In this document: piece by piece, positions 1 through 8,541 of the stretch
How positions within the stretch are numbered: position 1 is the stretch's first letter
How the letters are laid out: each line of letters starts with the position of its first letter
Source of the DNA: an uncultured Hyphomicrobiaceae bacterium
GTDB taxonomy: Bacteria > Pseudomonadota > Alphaproteobacteria > Rhizobiales > CAMYJA01
Length of the DNA: 64,000 nt
Assembly: GCA_947258705.1 (NCBI GenBank)
Contig: CAMYJA010000008.1
Span: 2,441-66,440, forward strand
Direction of reading: 5' to 3'
Notes under the pieces: model-generated
Databases searched by the model: none
Seen by the model: only the letters and a program-made list of their open reading frames with translations
What the model was told of the DNA's origin: nothing
Position numbers and translations under genes: made by a program

Positions 1-1052
1 CTGGGGTCGACCAGAATATCGTCATAATACCGGTCAAAATAAAATACCGTTGCCCGTGTTTTAGCGATCATGACATTGCCGAACCATCCACCCCAGTAGC
101 GGCAAAGCCAAAGGCCGAGTTTCGCAACCGATGCCACGGTGCTCCAGGGGGGCAGGCCCTGTGGATCGGTCGAGGGCGGGCGGTTATGATCTTCAAGTGG
201 CACCGGAAACAGATAGCAACGGGCTGAGCGCGCAAAAACGGGCTGCAAATCCTGCATTGCCCTGGTGATCACGGAGGTCTTACCGCTGCCGTCGGGTCCC
301 AGAAACACAACATGCAGGCCTGCTGGACGAGAAATTCTGTCCCAGATTCTTCTCCATTCTTCCATCCGCGTTTCTAAGGAAGTAGTCCGGGCTTTGGTGT
401 ACATGGTTTTCCGGAGCTGAGTGAGATTGCTTTGCACCCAGCTCCAATCATTCCTCGCCGCGCATGGCGCAATCTTATTTGCCATGTTAACTCCCAAATA
501 ATTTCGAAGCTTGGCCATTATCGCCCCGGGCGCCGTCGGCCACAACGAGGCGAGATGATTTCCCTTCCTATCCGGGAGCTTATCGACCTTGCCGAGCAGA
601 TATAAAACGAACTCCGTCTCGGCTGACGGAACGCTGAACTCTCTTTCGTTTCCGTCTTTGTCACGTGCCTTCCCTCGACCTGCGACAATTTCCCTGGCGG
701 ACATCAAATGAATTCCGTGGGGCCGATAGTCTCCACAAAGATCCAGCTTGATAAATTGTCCCGTTCCGGCCTCACCATCGAGCCACAGAACATAGGAATG
801 GGCCGCCGTTTCATGCCAGACATGTTGAACAATCCGCATACCGCCATTCGCGCAATAGGCCGCCACGATCTGATGAAAACCGGACTTTGAATGTTCTGAA
901 TCAAGGACGAGATCGACATCGCCGGTCACATTGTCAGGATAATTATCGTGTGGGCCTATGAAGCAATAAGCAATGCCACGCGCATCAAGAAATTCAGCAA
1001 ACCGACTATAGGCCTCGCCCGCCGTGAGTGCGTGCGGTTTTTCGGCTTCCAT
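1..1052 (-). CDS. Two-domain protein: an N-terminal nucleotidyltransferase-fold-like domain fused to a P-loop (Walker A) kinase/NTPase-like domain. The C-terminus lies beyond the left window edge.
   Basis: Absent from the supplied ORF track because it has no stop inside the window. My hand translation of the reverse strand is open from the ATG at 1050-1052 down to position 1 (alternative ATG at 1089-1091; in-frame stop at 1110-1112). It reads MEAEKPHALTAGEAYSRFAEFLDARGIAYCFIGPHDNYPDNVTGDVDLVLD...RPAGLHVVFLGPDGSGKTSVITRAMQDL... GDVDLV resembles a G-x-D-x-D NTase motif and GPDGSGKT is a Walker A motif. Confidence 0.6.
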   Translation of the reverse strand, partial: MEAEKPHALTAGEAYSRFAEFLDARGIAYCFIGPHDNYPDNVTGDVDLVLDSEHSKSGFHQIVAAYCANGGMRIVQHVWHETAAHSYVLWLDGEAGTGQFIKLDLCGDYRPHGIHLMSAREIVAGRGKARDKDGNEREFSVPSAETEFVLYLLGKVDKLPDRKGNHLASLWPTAPGAIMAKLRNYLGVNMANKIAPCAARNDWSWVQSNLTQLRKTMYTKARTTSLETRMEEWRRIWDRISRPAGLHVVFLGPDGSGKTSVITRAMQDLQPVFARSARCYLFPVPLEDHNRPPSTDPQGLPPWSTVASVAKLGLWLCRYWGGWFGNVMIAKTRATVFYFDRYYDDILVDP

Positions 1053-1256
1053 TTGAACGCTGCCCCGCAAAGATATGGAACGCGAGCACATCACTCGCCT
1101 ACCGATTGATCAAGGGTGCGAAGAACTGAATTGTGAACCCGGCGCCAATAAAGCGTCAAACCCGATTGGAAAATGTAACTTTTCAACTTGGATGTCATCC
1201 TTGTGCTCTGGCTTTGCCGCCGGCGCCTGCGGATCGGCGGATTGGGGCATTTCATG

Positions 1257-2573
1257 CTAGTATTTTGTTTCGAGCTTTCCGGCAGGCGTTTTACTGACGA
1301 AGCCAATTTTCCTCCTGATCAGGCTGCTGACGGCCTGATAGGGAAGCAGGAACAATTCAGTGAATGCCGGCAGCAAATCATCCCGCTGGAAAGTGTCAGA
1401 CTTTTCAATGCCGAACAGAATTGCCACGGGATGCTTAAACAGATCGAGTAATTCGATCCCTAATTTTTTCATTGAAAAGAGTTTGAATTCCGTATCCCGC
1501 AACAGGACATCATATGCGTTTATCGCCAGATTTCTGCAACGGACATGCGTCCGGTAACTGACTTGGCCGACTTCTTTTCCATAGACGAGAAGTTGAAAAA
1601 GGTAATATGGAAAATCCACCCCTAGTGCCACCGGCAGTGGTAACGATCCCCAGAAGCGCGCATTAACTTCGACCAGTATCCAGCGACCTGTAGGGCGGTG
1701 GACGCGGAACTCAAACATCGCCACACCGTTCAAATGACTTGCCTTTGCCATTTTTCGGCATGCACTCATAAGCCCCGTGTCGAGAAACTCACTCTGTCGG
1801 AGCGAGCTGCCGCCTCCAGATCTTGGCTCCTTCAGTCGACCGTGCTGAAAGCCGCAAAGTATGCGCCCCTCATGCGCAATAACCGAGATTCCAACGCCCG
1901 TTCCTTCGAAATATTCCTCCACCAAAAACCTTTGCCTGCGGCCTATGGTTCTGAGTAGAGATTGCAGTTGTGCTTCATCGCGCACAATCGTGACGGGCCG
2001 GCGATGATCAAGATCCTCAAGCAGATAGGATGATCGGGCTTTTATCAGCAAAGGCAAACCAAATTCTCGAATAAGGTCGTCGGACGTATCGTCTGACCTC
2101 AAAAGTCGACCGCTTGGCACGGAAACGCCTACTTTTTCGGCCAGCCGGCGCGTCTCGAGCTTGTCAAAAAGACTGGCCAGGATTTGCGGGCTGGGTAAAG
2201 CCATAGGAACGCCGTCCAATTGGCCTCGATGGGCGTCGAGACATAAGATTGATCGGTCGCAACAGGGAATAATGAGGTCGAAGGAATATTCTGACAGAAG
2301 CTGTTGCAAGGCCCGGAGCCATCTATCGCTTCCGTCATGTTTGGGCATCTGGTGGATTTCTGTTATGTAGCGCGACCAAAGGGCCGGCGCGTGCCGGTTG
2401 AAGGGAACGGTGTGAACCTCAATACCCTGCCGAGCAAGAGAACGGACAACAGCGAGAAAGCTTCGCGTGTCATCACCAAAAACAAGCACGCGCTTTTTCA
2501 TTGAACGTCGCCCTAAGGCATAGAAAACAATTCTCTGTTTGGCAGAAACATATTTTTCCATCGTGTCAGTCAT
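1257..2573 (-). CDS. ATP-grasp domain protein (carboxylate-amine ligase-like)
   Basis: 438-aa ORF. It contains MKKRVLVFGDDTRSFLAVVRSLARQGIEV (pre-ATP-grasp Rossmann-like start), LVEEYFEG and MFEFRV...WILVEVNARFWGSLPLPV, which are typical of predicted ATP-grasp enzymes in polysaccharide loci. The internal ATG at 2501 (MKKRVLVF) is an equally good start. Confidence 0.75.
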   Translation of the reverse strand: MTDTMEKYVSAKQRIVFYALGRRSMKKRVLVFGDDTRSFLAVVRSLARQGIEVHTVPFNRHAPALWSRYITEIHQMPKHDGSDRWLRALQQLLSEYSFDLIIPCCDRSILCLDAHRGQLDGVPMALPSPQILASLFDKLETRRLAEKVGVSVPSGRLLRSDDTSDDLIREFGLPLLIKARSSYLLEDLDHRRPVTIVRDEAQLQSLLRTIGRRQRFLVEEYFEGTGVGISVIAHEGRILCGFQHGRLKEPRSGGGSSLRQSEFLDTGLMSACRKMAKASHLNGVAMFEFRVHRPTGRWILVEVNARFWGSLPLPVALGVDFPYYLFQLLVYGKEVGQVSYRTHVRCRNLAINAYDVLLRDTEFKLFSMKKLGIELLDLFKHPVAILFGIEKSDTFQRDDLLPAFTELFLLPYQAVSSLIRRKIGFVSKTPAGKLETKY

Positions 2574-2606
2574 TCAGTCTCGCCTTTATGGATTCTGGGG
2601 TCATTT

Positions 2607-4010
2607 TTATGAGCCTCGCTTGTCAAGTATCGCGATGGCGTTGGTGTCGGAATCATTGATCTGGAAAAATCCCTTATTCGGTAAAACCGTCGTATTCACC
2701 CCCGCCCGCCTTGAGGCGGTGACGGCCAGTCCGATGGTCCACATCAGCGTTACGATGAACACTGCCAATGCCGCGCCGGTCGCGCCAAATGGCGGCACAA
2801 GAATGAGATTGGAAATAACAAGGAGCCCGAGACCGGCCGCAAATACGGGCAAACCGTGCCGCTCATGCCCCGAGAGCGCAAGGATCTGTACCGCAGGGCC
2901 TGCCGCCGAACGGGCCAGCTGCGCAGCCACAAGTATGATGAGACAGACATGCCCTTCGGTGAAGTCGCTCCCGAATATCCGCAACACATCTTGTCCCCAG
3001 AATACAACGAACCCCAGGGCGCCAAGGCTGAGTGCAATGCCCAGTAGATTGGCTCGGCCGATAATTTCGCCCAATCGGTTGCGGTCACCGCCTTCAAGCG
3101 CCTCGGCCGCATCGCGCAAAATCAACTGGTGGATCGCTTGAATTGCGAAGGCCAGGAATAACGCGAATTTCAGGCTGGCCCCGAAGATCGCGAGCTCTCG
3201 CTCCGCTAGCAATGTACCGACAAGCACGATGTCGAGATCGGCGAACACACTTACAAAGAGGGTGGCTACGATCATCGGCAAGGCGTGTTTCCGCCATTGC
3301 CGCGGCGATTCATGTTTGGTTGCGTCCCCGCTTCTGTTTTCCGATTGAAGGCTGGTAAGCTTGACGCTCTTTGTCAGACCGCGCAATCGACTTGCCTGAT
3401 AGGCCATGAGAGCGATCACAATAACAAAATGCCCGGCCAGCATCGAATTTACAGTCAATCCCGTCGTAACGCCGTACAGCAACAGGATGAAACCCATTAG
3501 GAACAGTGGGCGGAGCAGCAGGTCCGGAAGATAGGCCAGCATGAATTTCTTTTGCGCATTGGCCAGTGCGCCATTTAGTTTCATGAGCGCGAAAAAAGGT
3601 GCCGTCGCGATCCCGATAAACAGACCAAGGCGTGTTTCCAGCGGCCATGACGTAATAAGGAAAATGACAATTCCTGCAAGCCCGACCAAGACAGCGCTGC
3701 TTAGCGCGATATCGCGATGGACATGAGCAAGGAATTCGTGAAAATTACTGGCCGTTCTTCCGGTCTCATGACGGGCCACGTAACGCGCAGCAATCCACGG
3801 ATATCCCATGCTGCAAAGGATCGACAAGACCATTGCCAGACTTAGAGCGAAAAAAAACTGTCCCAGTGCTTCGGGGCCCAATATCCTTGCAACAAAAACA
3901 TGCGATGCGAGTCCGACAACACCGCCCAAAACGCGTGCGCCGATCACAAGCACAGATGCTTTTAGCAGTGTCCTGACACCGTGAGCCAACTCGAGGATTA
4001 CGCGCACCAT
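2607..4010 (-). CDS. Polysaccharide/oligosaccharide flippase (Wzx/RfbX-like, MOP superfamily)
   Basis: 467-aa ORF that is hydrophobic throughout (about 12-14 predicted TM segments). The N-terminus LLKASVLVIGARVLGGVVGLASHVFVARILGPEALGQFFFALSL is typical of Polysacc_synt-type flippases. It is co-directional with the ATP-grasp gene. Confidence 0.75.
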   Translation of the reverse strand: MVRVILELAHGVRTLLKASVLVIGARVLGGVVGLASHVFVARILGPEALGQFFFALSLAMVLSILCSMGYPWIAARYVARHETGRTASNFHEFLAHVHRDIALSSAVLVGLAGIVIFLITSWPLETRLGLFIGIATAPFFALMKLNGALANAQKKFMLAYLPDLLLRPLFLMGFILLLYGVTTGLTVNSMLAGHFVIVIALMAYQASRLRGLTKSVKLTSLQSENRSGDATKHESPRQWRKHALPMIVATLFVSVFADLDIVLVGTLLAERELAIFGASLKFALFLAFAIQAIHQLILRDAAEALEGGDRNRLGEIIGRANLLGIALSLGALGFVVFWGQDVLRIFGSDFTEGHVCLIILVAAQLARSAAGPAVQILALSGHERHGLPVFAAGLGLLVISNLILVPPFGATGAALAVFIVTLMWTIGLAVTASRRAGVNTTVLPNKGFFQINDSDTNAIAILDKRGS

Positions 4011-4281
4011 AATTATAAATATCCATTGCTCGGGCGTTCCGGCTTAATTCAGGCATCGCAACCCTAAAGTCTCCTGTCTTTGAAATTGCCAGACCTTTGC
4101 ACCATTATGCAATTGAAGAGGCCGGAAATGGTAAATTTGCAGCCGCCGTCAGCCTCCGCACGTCGAAATCCGTATTTATGCACGGCCCTGGGCCATGTTG
4201 TCCGGACGGTCATCGGCATATTCTCCAGATAAAAAGTTCGCGGGCGGGGAGGCCGAAACCAGCTTTTAAAGCCCCTTCGCG

Positions 4282-4830
4282 ATGAAAAATAAAAATTTGA
4301 TTGTTGTCGGCCGCCATCATCTTCACAAAGCCACCGGGAGTTTCTATATTCAGACAATCATGACTTCATTATTGCAGACTCTGCTGAAGCCTGATCACAA
4401 TGAGCACCCTGAGAAGGAGCTCATCGCTCAAGCGGCAAACATACTGCAGGTCGGGGAGTTCCAGCTCCTTCAACTCGCCTATTACGAATGGCACGGGCGT
4501 GACATGCTGGAAATGGAAATGAACAACCTGTTCTCCGCCTATATGATTGACAATATCATACCGCACTGGGCACGGGACTTCGCTCGTAAAATACTCGCCC
4601 GCGATGCCGCTGGCGAAACGTCGCTGGACAGGGATCCGGCCTATCATCGCTATGACCCGAATTACGTTACTCATGTCACCGAGGGACGGCGGAAATTCAT
4701 AACGGCGGTTATTGCCATCTCGTCGATATTCGTGCTAGCAATTGCCGCCTCAGAGATGAAAACCAGAAGCGTAACTTCTGTTCTTCCACCATATTTCGAG
4801 ATAGAAGATCTGGATCGGAAGGGCGAATAA
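4282..4830 (+). CDS. Hypothetical protein with a cytoplasmic N-terminal domain, one C-terminal TM segment and a short tail
   Basis: 182-aa ORF with a likely start at the ATG at 4360 (MTSLLQTLL). It has a single hydrophobic stretch, FITAVIAISSIFVLAIAASEM. I recognise no family. Confidence 0.4.
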   Translation: MKNKNLIVVGRHHLHKATGSFYIQTIMTSLLQTLLKPDHNEHPEKELIAQAANILQVGEFQLLQLAYYEWHGRDMLEMEMNNLFSAYMIDNIIPHWARDFARKILARDAAGETSLDRDPAYHRYDPNYVTHVTEGRRKFITAVIAISSIFVLAIAASEMKTRSVTSVLPPYFEIEDLDRKGE

Positions 4831-4900
4831 TCGCCGCAATGGCCGAATTCGGTCAGGGACGGTCTACCTCTCCCCCGCGATCAGGAGCGACTAGAAGCCA

Positions 4901-5104
4901 GTGTTTGAATTTGCCGGTGAATGGGAACAGCCGTTCAATATAGTCTTTTTGGCCGTTACCGGCTTTATCGCATGGCACGGTATTCGTTTCCGCACCGAGC
5001 AGGGCGACAGCGAATTCGTACATCTCCTGTTCGGGTGCATCGCCGCGATGTTTTTTGCGTTGATCCTGTTCAGGGATGTTCTGGGTGTCGTCAGTTTTCA
5101 GTGA
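4901..5104 (+). CDS. Possible small two-TM membrane protein
   Basis: 67-aa ORF with a GTG start at 4901 preceded by AGGAG at 4883-4887. It has two hydrophobic helices (FNIVFLAVTGFIAWHG and LLFGCIAAMFFALILF). The overlapping minus-strand 90-aa ORF looks non-coding. Confidence 0.3.
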   Translation: MFEFAGEWEQPFNIVFLAVTGFIAWHGIRFRTEQGDSEFVHLLFGCIAAMFFALILFRDVLGVVSFQ

Positions 5105-5154
5105 TCGAGCCGTTCGGCCCGGCAATTCCCCGCAATCTCATAGACCGGTGAATC

Positions 5155-5766
5155 TCACGGCTTGTGCATGCGTTGCAGCTGGTCCAGTTCAGGGATGCGC
5201 ATGACCCGCTGGTCTTCGGGCTTTTTCAACTGCTCATAAATATATATGGCCCGTGAGCGCACATTCGATACCCGTTCCGAGCCATATAAAATTTTATGTA
5301 TGGTGCCAGGCCCCTCAACCGATGTCTCGTCTGTATTCAGCGATTTGACATAATCTTTCAACGCTTTTTCAAACTCGCCCATTCTGTCCCGGGCAATGCC
5401 GCGATTTGCATAGGCCGCCGCGAGAACGCCGCGCCCGGTCAGGTCGTCTTGCTCGAGGCTTTTTTCGAGAAACTCAATCAATTGGTCAAAGGCGGAAACA
5501 GCCTTTGACAATTGCTCGGTCTGCAGGAAGACGATCGCACGTCCCATGAGGGCGCCGCGGTGGTTTGGCTCTATTTTAAGCGCCTGGTCGTAAAGTGCGA
5601 GCGCCTGATCATAGAGCTTGTCTTCGAGCCGTTGAGAAGCCAGTTCCGTTTCAAGGTCGCCCGGCGGCCGCTCGCTCCAGCTTCGCCAAAAATCGGTGGT
5701 GAGAAACGCCACGACCGTCAGCACCGCCATCAGAATGATGAATCTCTTGAGGATACGTGGATTCAT
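5155..5766 (-). CDS. Membrane-anchored tetratricopeptide (TPR) repeat protein
   Basis: The ORF is 5155..5817. The preferred start is the ATG at 5764-5766 (MNPRILKRFIILMAVLTVVAFL, an N-terminal TM anchor). TPR-like repeats follow (YDQALALYDQALKIEPNHRGALMGRAIVF, AAYANRGIARDRMGEFEKALKDYVKSL). This ATG overlaps the stop of the upstream small ORF as ATGA. Confidence 0.7.
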   Translation of the reverse strand: MNPRILKRFIILMAVLTVVAFLTTDFWRSWSERPPGDLETELASQRLEDKLYDQALALYDQALKIEPNHRGALMGRAIVFLQTEQLSKAVSAFDQLIEFLEKSLEQDDLTGRGVLAAAYANRGIARDRMGEFEKALKDYVKSLNTDETSVEGPGTIHKILYGSERVSNVRSRAIYIYEQLKKPEDQRVMRIPELDQLQRMHKP

Positions 5767-6005
5767 AATGTTATCCGAAATAGTTTCATTGTGTAGAGGA
5801 CGGCAAACACGAAGCACAGCAATCCTGCCGTATAACCGCTCCGGGTTTTGATGTGATTTCTCTCGTTCTGGTCAATCTCGATGCCTTTGCGACCGGCTCG
5901 GCGCAGATAAAGAGCATAGATCAGTTGACGCACAGGGAAAAACAAGGCCAGCGCCAGAACGACCGCCCACAACATCCAGTAGTCTTGCGAAAACAGTGCT
6001 TCCAT
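5763..6005 (-). CDS. Small two-TM membrane protein, translationally coupled to the TPR protein
   Basis: 80-aa ORF with two hydrophobic helices (WMLWAVVLALALFFPV and GYTAGLLCFVFAVLYT). Its stop (TGA, 5763-5765) overlaps the TPR gene ATG (5764-5766). Confidence 0.5.
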   Translation of the reverse strand: MEALFSQDYWMLWAVVLALALFFPVRQLIYALYLRRAGRKGIEIDQNERNHIKTRSGYTAGLLCFVFAVLYTMKLFRITL

Positions 6006-6074
6006 CTTCTTCCCGATATCGCTAGCCCGGCAAAGCTCTGCTCATGTATGTAACTGCCATTGACCAGACCGCAA

Positions 6075-6113
6075 TATTAAAACAGGAACGGGGAAGGCCG
6101 AAGCCCTCCCCGT
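6075..6113 (-). terminator. Candidate rho-independent terminator after the symporter gene
   Basis: On the minus strand the sequence is ACGGGGAGGGC-TTCG-GCCTTCCCCGT (a 10/11 bp stem at 6088-6113) followed by TCCTGTTTTAA. It lies between the symporter stop (6141) and the next gene start (6005). Confidence 0.45.
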
Positions 6114-6140
6114 ATAACCCTTTTTAGCGTTGGATCTCAA

Positions 6141-8111
6141 TCAGCTCGTTGGTTGTTGCACCACGTCGCCGATATCTTCCACAAGTGCCTCGACCTCCTT
6201 ATCCGGAACAGTCGACATCTCCATCTTGTAGGCCAGGAACCACATCATGAAGACACCAAGGATCCAGAATATGATCTGCCATGCCCATATGGATGGAATG
6301 CCAAACGTCCAGCCTTCAGGTCCGGCATTAGGCTCGCCGAAGATCCAGTTGCCGATAACCGCGCCCGGCCCAATTCCGAAGAACAACCAGAACAGCGTGA
6401 TACCCCAGGCGACAGGTATGAGCCCGCGCTTGCTTTCAGACAGGGTGGCATGTTCACGCAGGAAGTTGTGATACTTCATCTTGTGCTCGGTCTGGCTCGC
6501 ACTCTGGGTGATCGCCGAAACGGGGATCGCCACACCCAGATTGAGCAGCATACCCCAACCAGCGGAATGGATGGTCCACGGCCAGCGGCCCCATGGCAAC
6601 TCATAGCCAAAGGCTCCGGCAATCGACGCACCAAACTTTTCGGTGAAGATGACGCCCAGAAGGCCTGCAAACAGGCCTAATGTCACGCCTGCCCGCGTCA
6701 GCCATGGGAACCAGCAAACGGATGCCAAAGCCGGCCACATCTGGAAACCAAACGCGACCGCAAGACCGCCCAGCAGAACTAGTGCATCACGCGAGAATGT
6801 CGCCACGAGCAAGGCTGAAAGCACGATAAACGCAACGCCCATGCGCCCGAAGAACTTCTGGGTTGCATGATCGGCTGTTGGGTTCAGGTAGCGCTTATAG
6901 AGATCGCGCGTCAGCATGGCGCCGGCGGTTGACATATAAGCGGCACCCGTGGACTGCATCGCAGCCAGAGCACACACCGCCAGCAATCCGACCAGCCACG
7001 GCATGGTGTCGGCAATCTGGTTGAAATAGTTGGGAACCAGACTGTCCGGTTTCTTCGCTATCCCGGCATCGAGCGCCTGACTGATTCCCAGACCGGCCTC
7101 GTTAACCAGCGGATTGGCGCCAAGAAGATGCGCGCCCATGCCCTGGAAGGCCGTGAAGAAGAACAGGATACCGCCAATGAATAGTGACGAGGCCCAAACC
7201 TGCTGCGGAGCAAAAGGTTTTGGACTGGCATTGCCGAACGCCCACATGGAGAATGCCGGAGCGGAATGAATGCCCATCAGCGCGAACATGTAGGTCAACA
7301 CCATAATGCCGGTCCAAAGACCGCCGACAGGAGTTTCACGACCAAGACCGGCAGTAAACTGGATCACGCCAGGAATGGCGAAATAGGCATTGTAGTCGCC
7401 GCCGCCATAACCTTTGGTTGTTCCCCATTTACCGACATCCGATGCGGCAAGTTTGCCAAATCCTGCATTCAGGGAGTCAAAACCACCGGCAAGATTAAGC
7501 GCTATAAATCCGGTGATAATGATACCGGCCGCCAATAGAATACACTGCAATGTATCCACATAGGCCACAGCGCGCAGTCCGCCCGAAGCGACGTAAATAA
7601 GCACGACGAGTGACAGGACCCACATGCCGGCGTTAACCGAAACCAGGCCGTCCGTGAGAACGTTGAACAAGAAGCCCGAAGCGCCAAGCTGTACGCCGAG
7701 ATAAGGAATCGAGAACAGGAGCGCGACAACCACGGTCAGGATGCGGATGGCGTCGCCCTGGAAATAATCCGAGAGCATTTCACCCGGTGTTACATAACCG
7801 TAGCGTTTGCCCAGCATCCATTGTCGTTTGAGGAACATCACCCCGGTAAATGGAATGGTGATCGCATAGAAGGATGCGTAGGCATATTGGAAACCATCGC
7901 GGTACACCAGTCCCGGATGGCCCATAAAAGTCCAGCCGGAAAACGAGGTTGCAGTCGCGGCGAGCACGAACACCCAAAGCGATAAACCTCGCCCTGCGAT
8001 GAAATAGTCGCTTGCCGTCTTGGCCGTCATCGCACCCTTTATTCCCCAAAAGATGCAATATGCCCAATACAGAGCGACGAAGCTGAAAAGCCAGATAATT
8101 TTAGGCGCCAT
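6141..8111 (-). CDS. Sodium:solute symporter (SSS) family transporter
   Basis: 656-aa polytopic ORF. The N-terminus DYFIAGRGLSLWVFVLAATATSFSGWTFMGHPGLVY is characteristic of SSS/SLC5-type symporters. A strong SD (GGGGAGGG) precedes the ATG at 8111. Confidence 0.85.
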   Translation of the reverse strand: MAPKIIWLFSFVALYWAYCIFWGIKGAMTAKTASDYFIAGRGLSLWVFVLAATATSFSGWTFMGHPGLVYRDGFQYAYASFYAITIPFTGVMFLKRQWMLGKRYGYVTPGEMLSDYFQGDAIRILTVVVALLFSIPYLGVQLGASGFLFNVLTDGLVSVNAGMWVLSLVVLIYVASGGLRAVAYVDTLQCILLAAGIIITGFIALNLAGGFDSLNAGFGKLAASDVGKWGTTKGYGGGDYNAYFAIPGVIQFTAGLGRETPVGGLWTGIMVLTYMFALMGIHSAPAFSMWAFGNASPKPFAPQQVWASSLFIGGILFFFTAFQGMGAHLLGANPLVNEAGLGISQALDAGIAKKPDSLVPNYFNQIADTMPWLVGLLAVCALAAMQSTGAAYMSTAGAMLTRDLYKRYLNPTADHATQKFFGRMGVAFIVLSALLVATFSRDALVLLGGLAVAFGFQMWPALASVCWFPWLTRAGVTLGLFAGLLGVIFTEKFGASIAGAFGYELPWGRWPWTIHSAGWGMLLNLGVAIPVSAITQSASQTEHKMKYHNFLREHATLSESKRGLIPVAWGITLFWLFFGIGPGAVIGNWIFGEPNAGPEGWTFGIPSIWAWQIIFWILGVFMMWFLAYKMEMSTVPDKEVEALVEDIGDVVQQPTS

Positions 8112-8541
8112 TGAAACCCTCCCCAGGTTGTTTGCCTATCTAAAGTTCACAGTCTAATGCCGTGAATTTCGATTTGACCGCCCTAACCAGGGAGAAAAAA
8201 CAATGTTCGAGACACCCGGACATCCCGGTTTCTCGTCGTATACTTTGTTCCTGTTTATGCCGCTAATTTGCTTTTGTTTTTCGGCAAAAACCCATGTTGC
8301 GAGGCCGCTAAATGAACCAAAGCAACAATCACTCCCAGTTATGACAACACATAACCGCCCAACTCTAATGTGGTTTTTTAGACAAGTCCAATGTTTTTCC
8401 CCCCAGGATTAACGCTATGAACCACAAAAAAACATTGCGCATACATCTAAAGAGAAGGTCTAATTTTCTGCAGCAGGCGACCGGCCGTCGCGGTAATTTC
8501 TCACAAAGACAATCGTGTAATTATTTCACCCAGTCCGGTGT

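Noticed and set aside
2539-3141. 200-aa plus-strand ORF, plus several 60-120-aa ORFs, inside the flippase gene
   Set aside because: They are antisense or alternative frames within a clearly hydrophobic flippase ORF. Their Pro/Arg/Ser-rich translations are typical of GC-biased shadow ORFs.
4853-5125. 90-aa minus-strand ORF overlapping the 67-aa plus-strand ORF
   Set aside because: Its charged, low-complexity translation has no SD. The plus-strand frame has an AGGAG and two TM helices, so only that one is listed, with low confidence.
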